A stretch of 24,068 bases of DNA, from NCBI GenBank assembly GCA_034189385.1, contig JAXHVD010000036.1, positions 1-24,068 of the forward strand, written 5' to 3'. Below the pieces are notes generated by a model. That model was not told where the DNA came from. It did no database searches and saw only the letters and a list, made by a program, of their open reading frames with translations. The position numbers and the translations under genes are program-made. This document shows, one piece after another, positions 7,416-15,459 of the stretch (position 1 is the stretch's first letter; each line of letters begins with the position of its first letter). This DNA is from Thermodesulfobacteriota bacterium (GTDB lineage: Bacteria; Desulfobacterota; Desulfobacteria; Desulfobacterales; C00003060).

Positions 7416-7661
7416 AAGACCATGGAGGGGTATTCGTCAACCTTGGCTACCATCTCAAAGGGGGCGTCAAAACCACCCGAACGCTTCTTCCATCCAGGCT
7501 TTTTCTCTCAAACAAGGGCGGAGCCCTTGTGGATAATGGGGACGCCGCCCCTATCTTTTCTAAAGTAGGCCTTCTGGTCAGTTCAAATGACGTATCATGC
7601 TGTGATTGGGCTTAAAGGTTCTGCGGGATAACGTAAAAAGATCATATCTTTCCTACTTTTG

Positions 7662-7726
7662 CGCAGACCGGTAAGGCTCACAGGTCCTGAGCTTGCGAGC
7701 GATCCTTGTGCAGCCGCTGGTTGTAC
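7662..7726 (-). mobile_element. attC site with degenerate R'
   Basis: Minus strand GTACAAC cagcgGCTGCACAAGG...CCTGTGAGCcttaccg GTCTGCG; L boxes with an extrahelical base, R' is GTC instead of GTT. Confidence 0.65.
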
Positions 7727-7767
7727 ATCTATTTGAAATCTTTTAAATAAAAAGACTAAGTTGCCTC

Positions 7768-7810
7768 TTGACATCAGCCAGGTGTGTATATAATATGATA
7801 TTTATACACA
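7768..7810 (+). promoter_or_regulatory. vapBC promoter/operator
   Basis: TTGACA-17-TAATAT overlapped by the inverted repeat TGTGTATA (7783-7790) / TATACACA (7803-7810). Confidence 0.65.
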
Positions 7811-7831
7811 TTCAGCGTCGGAGGTAATGCC

Positions 7832-8026
7832 ATGCGAACCAATATTGTGATAGACGACGAACTCATGAATGAAGCAATGACACTCAGCCGGCTCAAAACC
7901 AAAAAAGCTGTTGTTGAAACCGGACTGAGACTATTGGTCCAAATGAAGAAACAAGAGCGAATCAAAAGTCTGCGCGGGAAACTGAAATGGGATGGCGACC
8001 TCAATAAAATGAGGTTGGATCGGTGA
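7832..8026 (+). CDS. vapB: VapB-family antitoxin (DUF2191 type)
   Basis: MRTNIVIDDELMNEAM...TKKAVVETGL...LRGKLKWDGDL; GGAGG RBS; overlaps vapC at GTGA. Confidence 0.9.
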   Translation: MRTNIVIDDELMNEAMTLSRLKTKKAVVETGLRLLVQMKKQERIKSLRGKLKWDGDLNKMRLDR

Positions 8027-8421
8027 TATTGGTCGACTCATCCGTATGGATCGATTATTTCAACGGCTTGTCCACGTGGCAGACAGACTCACTCGACAAT
8101 TACCTTTCCAATGTGCCCGTCGTCATCGGGGATCTGATTCTCACTGAGGTCCTTCAGGGCTTCAGATCAAACGAGGATTTCGAAACCGCCAAGAGCTTCC
8201 TTAGCGTTCTCCCGTTCCGCCAAATCGGTGGATACAATGTCGCGATTCAAAGTGCCAAAAATTACCGCTCCCTTCGAAAAGCTGGCGTGACCGTAAGGAA
8301 AACGATTGATGTCATTATAGCAACTTTTTGTATCATCGAAGGATTGACTTTGCTCCACGATGATCGTGATTTTGACCCCATGGAATCCCATTTTTCCCTG
8401 AAGACATTCCCACCACCGTAA
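8023..8421 (+). CDS. vapC: VapC PIN-domain toxin
   Basis: ILVDSSVWIDYF...EVLQG...RKTIDVIIATFC....LLHDDRDFD. Confidence 0.92.
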   Translation: MILVDSSVWIDYFNGLSTWQTDSLDNYLSNVPVVIGDLILTEVLQGFRSNEDFETAKSFLSVLPFRQIGGYNVAIQSAKNYRSLRKAGVTVRKTIDVIIATFCIIEGLTLLHDDRDFDPMESHFSLKTFPPP

Positions 8422-8452
8422 ATTCGGCATATCCCCTGCCATTTATTGTTTT

Positions 8453-8553
8453 GACGTACGTCCGAGCTTAGCTGAATGGTGTTCTGTGTCTTTTCAACGT
8501 TTATTAGGAAAAACACGCAAGCGTGACATTTCAGCTACAGCGATATGTTCGCT
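8453..8553 (-). mobile_element. attC site with degenerate R'
   Basis: R'' AGCGAAC at the relE stop, L boxes CTGTAGCTGA / TCAGCTAAG, and GTACGTC at the R' position. Confidence 0.6.
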
Positions 8554-8834
8554 TAAGTGCTTTTCATGTATTTTCTTAAATCTCGGTAGTAATTTTCATA
8601 AGGGCCAATCATTATCAATTCTAGATTTCCTTCAATAATTCTGTAAGCCAAAAGATACTGAGTTGCCCCGATCTTAAACTTGTGTACGTAGATACCTCGC
8701 AAATCGCCCTTCTTTTCAAAGCCGATGGTCGGATCGTCGATAATCGCCTTTACCTGCTCGTCCAACTGTAGCTTTTGTTTTTTGCTGAATTTCCTGACTT
8801 TTCGTTGAAAAGATCTTGATTGGAGGGCTTTCAT
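8553..8834 (-). CDS. RelE/ParE-family toxin
   Basis: FQRKVRK...IIDDPTIG.EKKGDLRGIYVHKFK.....YLLAY....L.MIGPYENYY. Confidence 0.88.
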   Translation of the reverse strand: MKALQSRSFQRKVRKFSKKQKLQLDEQVKAIIDDPTIGFEKKGDLRGIYVHKFKIGATQYLLAYRIIEGNLELIMIGPYENYYRDLRKYMKST

Positions 8835-8840
8835 AGAATC

Positions 8841-9059
8841 CTATCCAAATTTATATTCAGAAGATTCGCCCTGATCCAACTCAGCTACCCCAATCAATAT
8901 TTCTTTAATGAGGCTGTATGTGAGGTCGGGATTTTCCTCTGCGCATTTTCCAATTCTAGCCCAATGTTCAATTTGCCCGGTTATGGATCGTTTGTCGATT
9001 TTGCTATAGATTTTAGCCTCTTTGACCAGTTCACCAGAGACTCTAATAGCTGTTGTCAT
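8841..9059 (-). CDS. ParD-like antitoxin
   Basis: MTTAIRVSGELVKEAK.YS....RSITGQIEHWARIGK.AEENPDL; start moved to ATG 9059. Confidence 0.88.
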   Translation of the reverse strand: MTTAIRVSGELVKEAKIYSKIDKRSITGQIEHWARIGKCAEENPDLTYSLIKEILIGVAELDQGESSEYKFG

Positions 9060-9124
9060 CGTAGCACCCCCGTGTTTTTTGTCGCATTTTACCACAATTT
9101 ATTGCGTATTGCAACCTGGTGGGC

Positions 9125-9196
9125 GGGAAACGCTCTGGCTCAGAGGTGGTGGACACGAAGTGGCCACCATCCCTTTGCAGGCGGGTGTTCGACGCC
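9125..9196 (-). mobile_element. attC site of the inverted vapBC cassette
   Basis: R'' GGCGTCGAAC is the exact 10-bp complement of the cassette start GTTCGACGCC (9938-9929). Central stem TGGTGG/CCACCA; R' GTTTCCC. Confidence 0.75.
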
Positions 9197-9217
9197 TTTA
9201 AAAACCCATTTTTCTAT

Positions 9218-9253
9218 TGAGATACGATAGATGCCATGGTATATATCATGGCA
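9218..9253 (+). promoter_or_regulatory. Second vapBC promoter/operator
   Basis: TTGAGA upstream of a TATATA box embedded in the near-perfect palindrome TGCCATGGTATATATCATGGCA (9232-9253). Confidence 0.6.
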
Positions 9254-9281
9254 AAAAGCTAGTCAGAAAATGGAGGTTCAC

Positions 9282-9509
9282 ATGAAAACAGCACGCCTTT
9301 TTGTCAATGGACGTAGCCAAGCGGTTCGTTTGCCCAAAGATTTCCGGTTCTCGGGGTCTGACGTCTATATTAAAAAGCTCCATGGAGTGGTCATGCTCAT
9401 TCCCAAGGATGACCCGTGGGCCTCACTTGTCAACAGCCTCGACCATTTTTCCGACGATTTCATGACCACCCGGGAACAGCCAGAACATCAGTCGAGGGAA
9501 GCGTTGTGA
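9282..9509 (+). CDS. vapB: VapB antitoxin (AbrB/MazE type)
   Basis: MKTARLFVNGRSQAVRLPKDFRF; GGAGG RBS before ATG 9282. Confidence 0.92.
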   Translation: MKTARLFVNGRSQAVRLPKDFRFSGSDVYIKKLHGVVMLIPKDDPWASLVNSLDHFSDDFMTTREQPEHQSREAL

Positions 9510-9910
9510 TCACCTTTATGCTAGACACCAACATTTGTATCTACATCATCAAAAAGAAGCCGGAACCGGTACTCGGGCGGCTGAAGAACACTCGCATCTC
9601 CGATATCGGGATTTCTTCAATTACACTCAGCGAACTTGCATATGGGGCAGAAAAGAGTTCCCGGCCCGATCAGAACAAAATTGCCTTGGCCGCATTCCTC
9701 GCTCCCCTCGAAATCCTTTCCTATGACGACATGGCTGCCCAGGAGTACGGGAAGATTCGAGCATATCTGGATCGCTGTGGAACGCCGATAGGGACTATGG
9801 ATATGCTCATCGCGGCACATGCACTATCCCTCAATTGCACGCTGGTCACCAACAACGAAGGCGAGTTCAATCGTGTCGTATCCCTAAAGATGGAAAACTG
9901 GGCCAAATAG
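9506..9910 (+). CDS. vapC: VapC PIN-domain toxin
   Basis: MLDTNICIYII...SSITLSEL.YGAEKS...GTPIG.MDMLIAAHA......LVTNN..EF; GTGA overlap with vapB. Confidence 0.93.
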   Translation: MITFMLDTNICIYIIKKKPEPVLGRLKNTRISDIGISSITLSELAYGAEKSSRPDQNKIALAAFLAPLEILSYDDMAAQEYGKIRAYLDRCGTPIGTMDMLIAAHALSLNCTLVTNNEGEFNRVVSLKMENWAK

Positions 9911-9931
9911 TTCTTAGTTTGTTCTTATGGC

Positions 9932-10013
9932 GTCGAACCTTTGAGTTCACTTGCCGGCCCCAAACTAGCCGCGATTAGCGCCGCCGCACCTCTACCGGTC
10001 AAGTGCAGCGATT
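9932..10013 (-). mobile_element. attC site lacking R''
   Basis: AATCGCTGCACTTGACCGG...CCGGCAAGTGAACTCAAAG GTTCGAC; same type as the attC at 10903-11008, but the AAC of R'' is missing. Confidence 0.65.
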
Positions 10014-10069
10014 ACTAAAATGTTTTCTACGATTTTATTCGTCACATTTGCAGTTTTAATTTTTTCACA

Positions 10070-10459
10070 TCATAGCGATTTGTTTGTAAAAACGATGAAA
10101 ATTGCACACCCCCATAAAATCAAGGCAACAGTGATGACCAGCAAAACTGCTGCGCTGCTGAAATCTTTTGCCTTCTTGGCAAATACATGAAATTCCGGTG
10201 AAGCCAGATCAACGATTGATTCTATAGAGGAATTTAAAAGCTCAACAATCAAAACAGATGTGCTCGCAAAGAAAAGGAGCCCTTTCCAAGCAAGAGATAG
10301 AGGCAGAAAAGGGAGAACCACCAAACCAATTACGACTACACACAGCTCCTGGCGAAATGCTGTTTCACTTGAAATAGCTACTCTCAACCCATCCAAAGAA
10401 TAAAAGAAAGCTGCCCATATTCTAGCCAGACCAGTTTTCTGTCGAGGCTTTCTTCCCAT
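10070..10459 (-). CDS. dgkA: Prokaryotic diacylglycerol kinase
   Basis: YSLDGL..A...ETAFRQE...VELLNSSIESIVD......H.FAKKAKD.SSAAV; start moved to ATG 10459 because the longer ORF runs through the attC. Confidence 0.9.
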   Translation of the reverse strand: MGRKPRQKTGLARIWAAFFYSLDGLRVAISSETAFRQELCVVVIGLVVLPFLPLSLAWKGLLFFASTSVLIVELLNSSIESIVDLASPEFHVFAKKAKDFSSAAVLLVITVALILWGCAIFIVFTNKSL

Positions 10460-10464
10460 GTCGA

Positions 10465-10531
10465 AAATAACGCTACGCCTCGCAGGACGCGAGGTGGCGA
10501 GCGGTCCTTTGTGAAGCAGCATGTTAGGTGC
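10465..10531 (-). mobile_element. attC site, right arm apparently truncated
   Basis: R'' GCACCTAAC complements the cassette start GTTAGGTGC (10909-10901). Apex stem CCTCGC/GCGAGG is followed almost at once by GTTATTT, with no L' partner. Confidence 0.6.
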
Positions 10532-10535
10532 TTAA

Positions 10536-10880
10536 CTATCCGAAAAAGCAACCGTAGCTATCTTCATCTATGGTAGCAACCAGGTCCTCAATCTTTCTGC
10601 TTTCTCTATGAGGTTCATACTGGTTCCACTTGCCACTTGCTCGTTTCCAGTACAGTTTCCAAACACCACGACTTTTCACGTAAGTAATTTTGGCAAAATC
10701 CATATCCAGCCACTTACTCGGGTCATCCCAACGCGGCCTGCTTTCGAATATGAAAATATCTTGGTTTTCGATTCGGTAGCCGTTTTTCAACTGGTCGCGG
10801 GCTCTTTCATGGACACGATTATCGCAGAATTTTCCAATTAATCTCTCAATTCGTTTCTTTTCTAATTCTGAAAAGGCCAT
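10536..10880 (-). CDS. DUF3024-domain protein (gene cassette)
   Basis: MAFSELE...IFESRPRWDDP......AK..YVKS...WKLYWKRA..KW..YEP...IDED.YGCFFG. Confidence 0.85.
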   Translation of the reverse strand: MAFSELEKKRIERLIGKFCDNRVHERARDQLKNGYRIENQDIFIFESRPRWDDPSKWLDMDFAKITYVKSRGVWKLYWKRASGKWNQYEPHRESRKIEDLVATIDEDSYGCFFG

Positions 10881-10902
10881 TATTCTCTATTCCCTTCTTT
10901 GC

Positions 10903-11008
10903 ACCTAACGCTTGAGCTTACCTGCCGGCCAAGACCTTTCGAGCGTCCACAGGCATTCTCGAAAAACTACAAAAGTTGCTCCCGGTCAGGTACAGTGATT
11001 TGTTAAGT
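10903..11008 (-). mobile_element. Intact attC site
   Basis: Minus strand ACTTAAC aaatc ACTGTACCTGACCGG...CCGGCAGGTAAGC tcaagc GTTAGGT; 106 bp with canonical R''/L''/L'/R'. Confidence 0.88.
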
Positions 11009-11048
11009 GCCCGCCAACCGTTGCAGTTCTATTCCAGCAAATCTACGG

Positions 11049-11267
11049 CTATTTCATTTTCTCCATCTTTTTCCATTTGAATATTGAAAGATAGAGCAAA
11101 AAGACGCCCACAAATATTGCCAAAGGAGCAAATACCAATCCTCCCCACCAGTTTGAGTAAAACAAATCATTTTTCAACACTAAAGGAATTAATCCAGTTG
11201 TCGTGACCACCAAAGCGGTTATGATAACCCCAGACCTTTTAATTTTCCGTTTAGTCTTTTTTTTCAT
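11049..11267 (-). CDS. Small two-TM membrane protein (gene cassette)
   Basis: MKKKTKRKIKRSGV followed by two hydrophobic helices. Cassette bounded by GTTAAGTGC (11282-11274) and GCACTTAAC (11010-11002); ATG 11267 is the start inside the cassette. Confidence 0.65.
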   Translation of the reverse strand: MKKKTKRKIKRSGVIITALVVTTTGLIPLVLKNDLFYSNWWGGLVFAPLAIFVGVFLLYLSIFKWKKMEKMK

Positions 11268-11273
11268 ACCTTG

Positions 11274-11312
11274 GCACTTAACATTAGTAATTATATGCTT
11301 GCGTTTTTTTGC
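11274..11312 (-). mobile_element. First recombination point of array A; possible attI-like site
   Basis: AAAAAACGCAAGCATATAATTACTAAT|GTTAAGTGC: a GTTRRRY core with no attC hairpin upstream, in an AT-rich context. No intI nearby. Confidence 0.35.
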
Positions 11313-11591
11313 CGCTTTCTTAAACCTGAAACACTTGCAAGAAATAAGAGAAAATAAGGCCCGATAAGCCATATTTGCCTAAATGTTCTAGGCTTAGCGA
11401 ATGTTGGCAGTTCAGACAGAGAATTACACAAATGTAATAAGTGCAGCTTTTGCCCCCTCATAGGGGTAGTTATGTTGCAGCGCGCTAACCTTCACATTCA
11501 CTTATTTCCTGAAAAACCTGAGACACTTTTAATGCAGCGACGTGCTCACATAAGACTCAAAGAGTGCTGAACAGCCTTTGCCTAAGCCCTC

Positions 11592-11800
11592 AAAAGACAA
11601 AACCCCGCCTCTCTTTAGGAGAAACAGGGCCTTTCCATTCAGTGCATGGCAGCCTCTTCTTTTCAGGTTGACGGGTCAGACGCGGACATTACGGTGTCTA
11701 CCACCAGGGGGTTTTTTTGTCAAGGATTCTGATGGGTAACAGATCGTAGAACGGCCTATTTTGGGCGCAAAAAATACGATATTTGGATGCAAAAACTGCG
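11592..11800 (-). promoter_or_regulatory. Leader module, copy 3: promoter, RBS, minigene, terminator
   Basis: TTGACA-17-TAGACA; AAGAGGCTGCC ATG CAC TGA (11647-11639); hairpin GCCCTGTTTCTC-ctaaa-GAGAGGCGGGGT plus T-tract; motifs at 11766 and 11788. Confidence 0.75.
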
Positions 11801-12060
11801 AAGAACGGTTTAACCCCAGTTCCACAGAAGGGTGCAGTCGACTCACCAACAGATCATGCCCGGCCAAATGTTACATGTTCGTATAAGTAGATGTTATCCC
11901 ATTCTCAACAGAATCCGGGGTGCGGCTGCGTGGGAGCATGGGACTGGATTACACTTGATAAATGCCTGTATGTATGGTTGTTTGAAGACGAAGTCTGGGA
12001 AGCGACGGCCTTTCACCTGGGCCTCAAGATCTCACTAGAACAGGGGATAAGGAGCTGGCA

Positions 12061-12816
12061 ATGAAACTGGCTATCAGCGGAAAGGGCGGGGTGGGTAAGA
12101 CCACCTTTGCGGCCCTGCTGATCAAGACACTGAGTGATGAAGGAAAACGGGTCTTGGCCATAGACGCAGACCCGGATGCCAATCTTGCAGCAGCCCTGGG
12201 TATTCCCAATCCTGAATCGATCACCCCCATTTCCGATATGAAGGCACTTATCGAGGAGCGAACCGGGGCCAAGGTCGGGTCCATGGGGTCCTTTTTTAAG
12301 CTCAATCCCAAGGTAGACGACCTGCCGGAAAAGCTCTCCGTGGAGGTGGACCACATCAAGTTCATGCGCCTTGGTGGAGTCAAAAGGGGTGGGGGAGGGT
12401 GCATCTGTCCGGAGAGCACCCTTTTAAAGACGCTGGTCATGCACGTGCTTCTAGCCCGAGACGAAGTGGTGGTCATGGACATGGAGGCGGGGATCGAGCA
12501 CCTGGGCCGGGGCACGGCTACTGCTACAGACAAGCTCATGGTGGTAGTGGAGCCGGGCCGAAGAAGCGTGGAGACCGCTCACAATATCAAGCGCCTGGCC
12601 GAGGAGATCGGCCTTACCAAGATCTTTCTGGTGGGCAATAAGATTAGGGGAGAGGCCGATAGGGCCTTTCTGGAAGAGTACGTCACCGGTTTTGAGTGGC
12701 TCGGTTTTCTGCCCTATGATGAAGAGATCATCGAAGCAGATCTCAAAGGGGAGTCTCCCTATGATCGGGACATTGCGGCCAAGAAGGTGGTGAGAGAGAT
12801 CGTTCGGTCGCTCTGA
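12061..12816 (+). CDS. cooC: CO dehydrogenase nickel-insertion ATPase CooC
   Basis: SGKGGVGKTT, IDADPDANL, GGGCICP (CxC), DMEAGIEHLGRG. Confidence 0.9.
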   Translation: MKLAISGKGGVGKTTFAALLIKTLSDEGKRVLAIDADPDANLAAALGIPNPESITPISDMKALIEERTGAKVGSMGSFFKLNPKVDDLPEKLSVEVDHIKFMRLGGVKRGGGGCICPESTLLKTLVMHVLLARDEVVVMDMEAGIEHLGRGTATATDKLMVVVEPGRRSVETAHNIKRLAEEIGLTKIFLVGNKIRGEADRAFLEEYVTGFEWLGFLPYDEEIIEADLKGESPYDRDIAAKKVVREIVRSL

Positions 12817-13028
12817 AGGGGGGCCAAGGCCACGTTGGCGTTTCTAGCGACCCCTTTTCATCAGCTAATGGAAAGAAGAAGGCTGTCTAATCGGCCTTGG
12901 GGCGTTCGTCTTCATGTCTCAGACAATCCTATCTCATTACGCTTGAAAACGGCAGGGGCAAGACTTATGTTAGGGTATATGGCAGGCCCAACGTAAGGAT
13001 TTACTCACAAAAAAAGGGGGTAGCTGAC

Positions 13029-13268
13029 ATGGGAAACGACCAGATGACCTGTGCCCATTGTGGCCACACTGCTTCGGGAAAATTTGTGGGAGACATTTGT
13101 CCTCAATGTAACTTGACATATTGGAAATGCGGAAGCTGTGGGTTTCTTGTTACGGCAGTAGAACCTCCGGCAAGGTGCCCTTCTTGTAAAGAGACCTGTG
13201 AATTCCTCAACGCCACCTGCTACACACCGGAATGCGGCGGCCCTGGCAATGTTGATCCCCGGATCTAA
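13029..13268 (+). CDS. Small Cys-rich rubredoxin-like / double zinc-ribbon protein
   Basis: 79 aa, 11 Cys, four CxxC pairs, C-terminal CYTPECG; AGGGGG RBS before ATG 13029. Confidence 0.8.
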   Translation: MGNDQMTCAHCGHTASGKFVGDICPQCNLTYWKCGSCGFLVTAVEPPARCPSCKETCEFLNATCYTPECGGPGNVDPRI

Positions 13269-13368
13269 GTCTTTGAAGGCTGAGGTGTGCCAGCACCAGA
13301 AGTCTGCTTCATAGAGTGCTATAGTGGAGCCTCTCTTGCCCTTAACAGGCATGAGAGGCTCCGCCTTT

Positions 13369-14937
13369 TCATGAGGGCGAAACCGAGGGGGGGCTCCCGG
13401 GAAGTTTTACTACATGTGGCCCAGCACCCTCCAATAGGGCCTCTGCGGCCCTGAGGCCGCTTGCCATGGCCATGGGCACCCCACCCATGAAGAGGGCTGA
13501 ATAGGCCTGGTACCCCGCCATATAGAGCCCGTGAATGGGCGTTCTTATGAGTTCTACAGGTTGATAATCTGGATTGTCCTCGTAATCCCATGACCATCCT
13601 GCCGCTGCTCCTTCGCTCCTCCCGCCCCGTTCTTCATACGTGAGGGGGGTGGCTACGTCCATGACGGCAATGGCTTGCTCCAGGTCTGGTATGAGATTCG
13701 TTGTTTCCCTCACAAGGGCTCGGCCCAGGCGCATTTTATATTCACTGTAAGAAGGATTTCTATGGCCTGGCCCAGAGCGATATTTTTCAAAGTGACGATG
13801 CTCTGCTTCTGTGCGAAGAACGATGACAGCGCCACCTGGGGGTGCAAGGGTAGGGTCCTCGTGACTCCAGAGGCTCACCTCCAACTCTTGGCCGGCCAGG
13901 GCGTAGGGGTCTACCTCCAAGGCACGCCAGTCAGGGCCGTCTCTGGTTTCACCTGAATGGCCTGACTTTCCTCTGTAGATGAGTCTGCTTGCCTTTGAAA
14001 AGGCGGAAAGGTCCACTTTGTCACCATCCACACCAAGGGAGACCTGTAAGATGGATCCAGCCTGTTTGGACCCGCGTACTTCCCTGTACCACCCTTGGGG
14101 CAGGGCCTCTCGTCGGATCAATCTCATGAAGGTCGTCTTGAAGTCGGCGTTGGAAATCACGGCTCCCGCCTGGATGTTCGTGCCATCTGACAGGGTCACG
14201 CCTGAGACGGTCTGGTCTTGTATTCTGATTTCCTTTGCCGCTGTGCCAAGCCTCATTTCTACGAGGCCTCTATCTCCTTGTACGGGGGTTGTGGCTGCCT
14301 TGGCAAGCCTTTGACAGAAGGATTGCATGCCCTGTCTGGGGTACCATATTCCATCCCTTGCCATGAGGCGCCACATGGCGGCAAGAAGGGGGAGGCCGGT
14401 ATAGGCCTTGCGGGTGCCGAGGCTTCCCAAGATTCTGCGCAACCCCCAGTCTTTGATGAACTTGCTAAGATAGCTGTAAGCTGACGTCTTTGTTGCCTTT
14501 TCCAGGAGCTTGCGATGTTCTTCTTGGTCCGGGGACTCCATGGCTGTGAGGAGATGGTCTACGTCATGGAAAAAGCGCTTTATGCCGGCTCCGTCTTCCG
14601 GAAAAAGCTGCGCCATTTCTTCCGTCATCTGGCTAAAAGAAAGAGATAAAGACGCGTTCACGTCAAAGGCCCTCACCTGGTAGTGGATCCGACAAAAATC
14701 CAAGCCGTTGCCCTGCCCCAGAGAGGTCAGTGTTTTTCGAACCAGGTCTGGCGAACTAAAGCCAAGTGGGCCCATGGGGAAGGTAAATCCCTTGCGGGAA
14801 AAAACATTGGCCGTGCCGCCGGGATGGAGCTTTTTTTCAAGGACTAAGACTCGCAGTCCCGCCTTTTTGAGCCTGGCTGCGGCAGAAAGCCCTCCCACTC
14901 CAGCACCCACGATGATGGCATCCCACGGTTTAGGCAT
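13369..14937 (-). CDS. NAD(P)/FAD-dependent oxidoreductase, phytoene desaturase-like family
   Basis: IIVGAGVGGL...VLVLEK...PGG, WYPRQGM, DVATPLT, TPIHGLYMAG...GGVP.AM.SG. Confidence 0.88.
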   Translation of the reverse strand: MPKPWDAIIVGAGVGGLSAAARLKKAGLRVLVLEKKLHPGGTANVFSRKGFTFPMGPLGFSSPDLVRKTLTSLGQGNGLDFCRIHYQVRAFDVNASLSLSFSQMTEEMAQLFPEDGAGIKRFFHDVDHLLTAMESPDQEEHRKLLEKATKTSAYSYLSKFIKDWGLRRILGSLGTRKAYTGLPLLAAMWRLMARDGIWYPRQGMQSFCQRLAKAATTPVQGDRGLVEMRLGTAAKEIRIQDQTVSGVTLSDGTNIQAGAVISNADFKTTFMRLIRREALPQGWYREVRGSKQAGSILQVSLGVDGDKVDLSAFSKASRLIYRGKSGHSGETRDGPDWRALEVDPYALAGQELEVSLWSHEDPTLAPPGGAVIVLRTEAEHRHFEKYRSGPGHRNPSYSEYKMRLGRALVRETTNLIPDLEQAIAVMDVATPLTYEERGGRSEGAAAGWSWDYEDNPDYQPVELIRTPIHGLYMAGYQAYSALFMGGVPMAMASGLRAAEALLEGAGPHVVKLPGSPPSVSPS

Positions 14938-15194
14938 GAGGTTCTTCTCCTGAGTAATGAATGCAGAGGATTGGAGGATCTGTTGGAAATGATCGGAATT
15001 GAAATATCACAGTCTAGGTGACAAGAGAAGGGGCATGGCGCAGACATGACAGGGCAGGACCAAAGGTTGTCATCACACTCTGCAAGGGGTTAAGTTTAGC
15101 GTAAGATGTGATAAGGTCTGTTGCAGACCTCAGGAGGGCATAGCAGGACAGGTCAGGAAGTGCTGGCAAAGAGTGGAGTCGGGGTCGGTTTTTT

Positions 15195-15414
15195 ACGGGT
15201 TGTTGCCCAAATGCCTTCTCCCTTAGTTCTGAGCCGTTTGTTGATACATCTAAGGCTTGCTCCAGGCGATGCCGCACGTAGTGAAGCTTTGCGCTATACT
15301 CGCCCTTCGGGCTCAACCAGTTGACATCGCTGATCTTCCGATTCGCCAAGATGTATTGGCAAAAAACTGCTCAATGAACCGGTCGAAAGCATTTTGGTTT
15401 GGGCAACAGCCCGT
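15195..15414. mobile_element. Foldback MITE/REP-like intergenic element
   Basis: 17-bp terminal inverted repeats (ACGGGTTGTTGCCCAAA / TTTGGGCAACAGCCCGT, 16/17) with nested internal pairing and a central GCCC-TTCG-GGC-type hairpin. Confidence 0.6.
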
Positions 15415-15459
15415 TTATGATGGACACAGACTAGAGTACGCGATTGACGGAGGCGCGGC

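Noticed and set aside
7528..7536. Perfect DnaA box (TGTGGATAA)
   Set aside because: Single copy with no box cluster or DUE; not evidence of an origin.
11283..11590. intI remnant upstream of array A
   Set aside because: No tyrosine-recombinase motifs were recognisable in this stretch.
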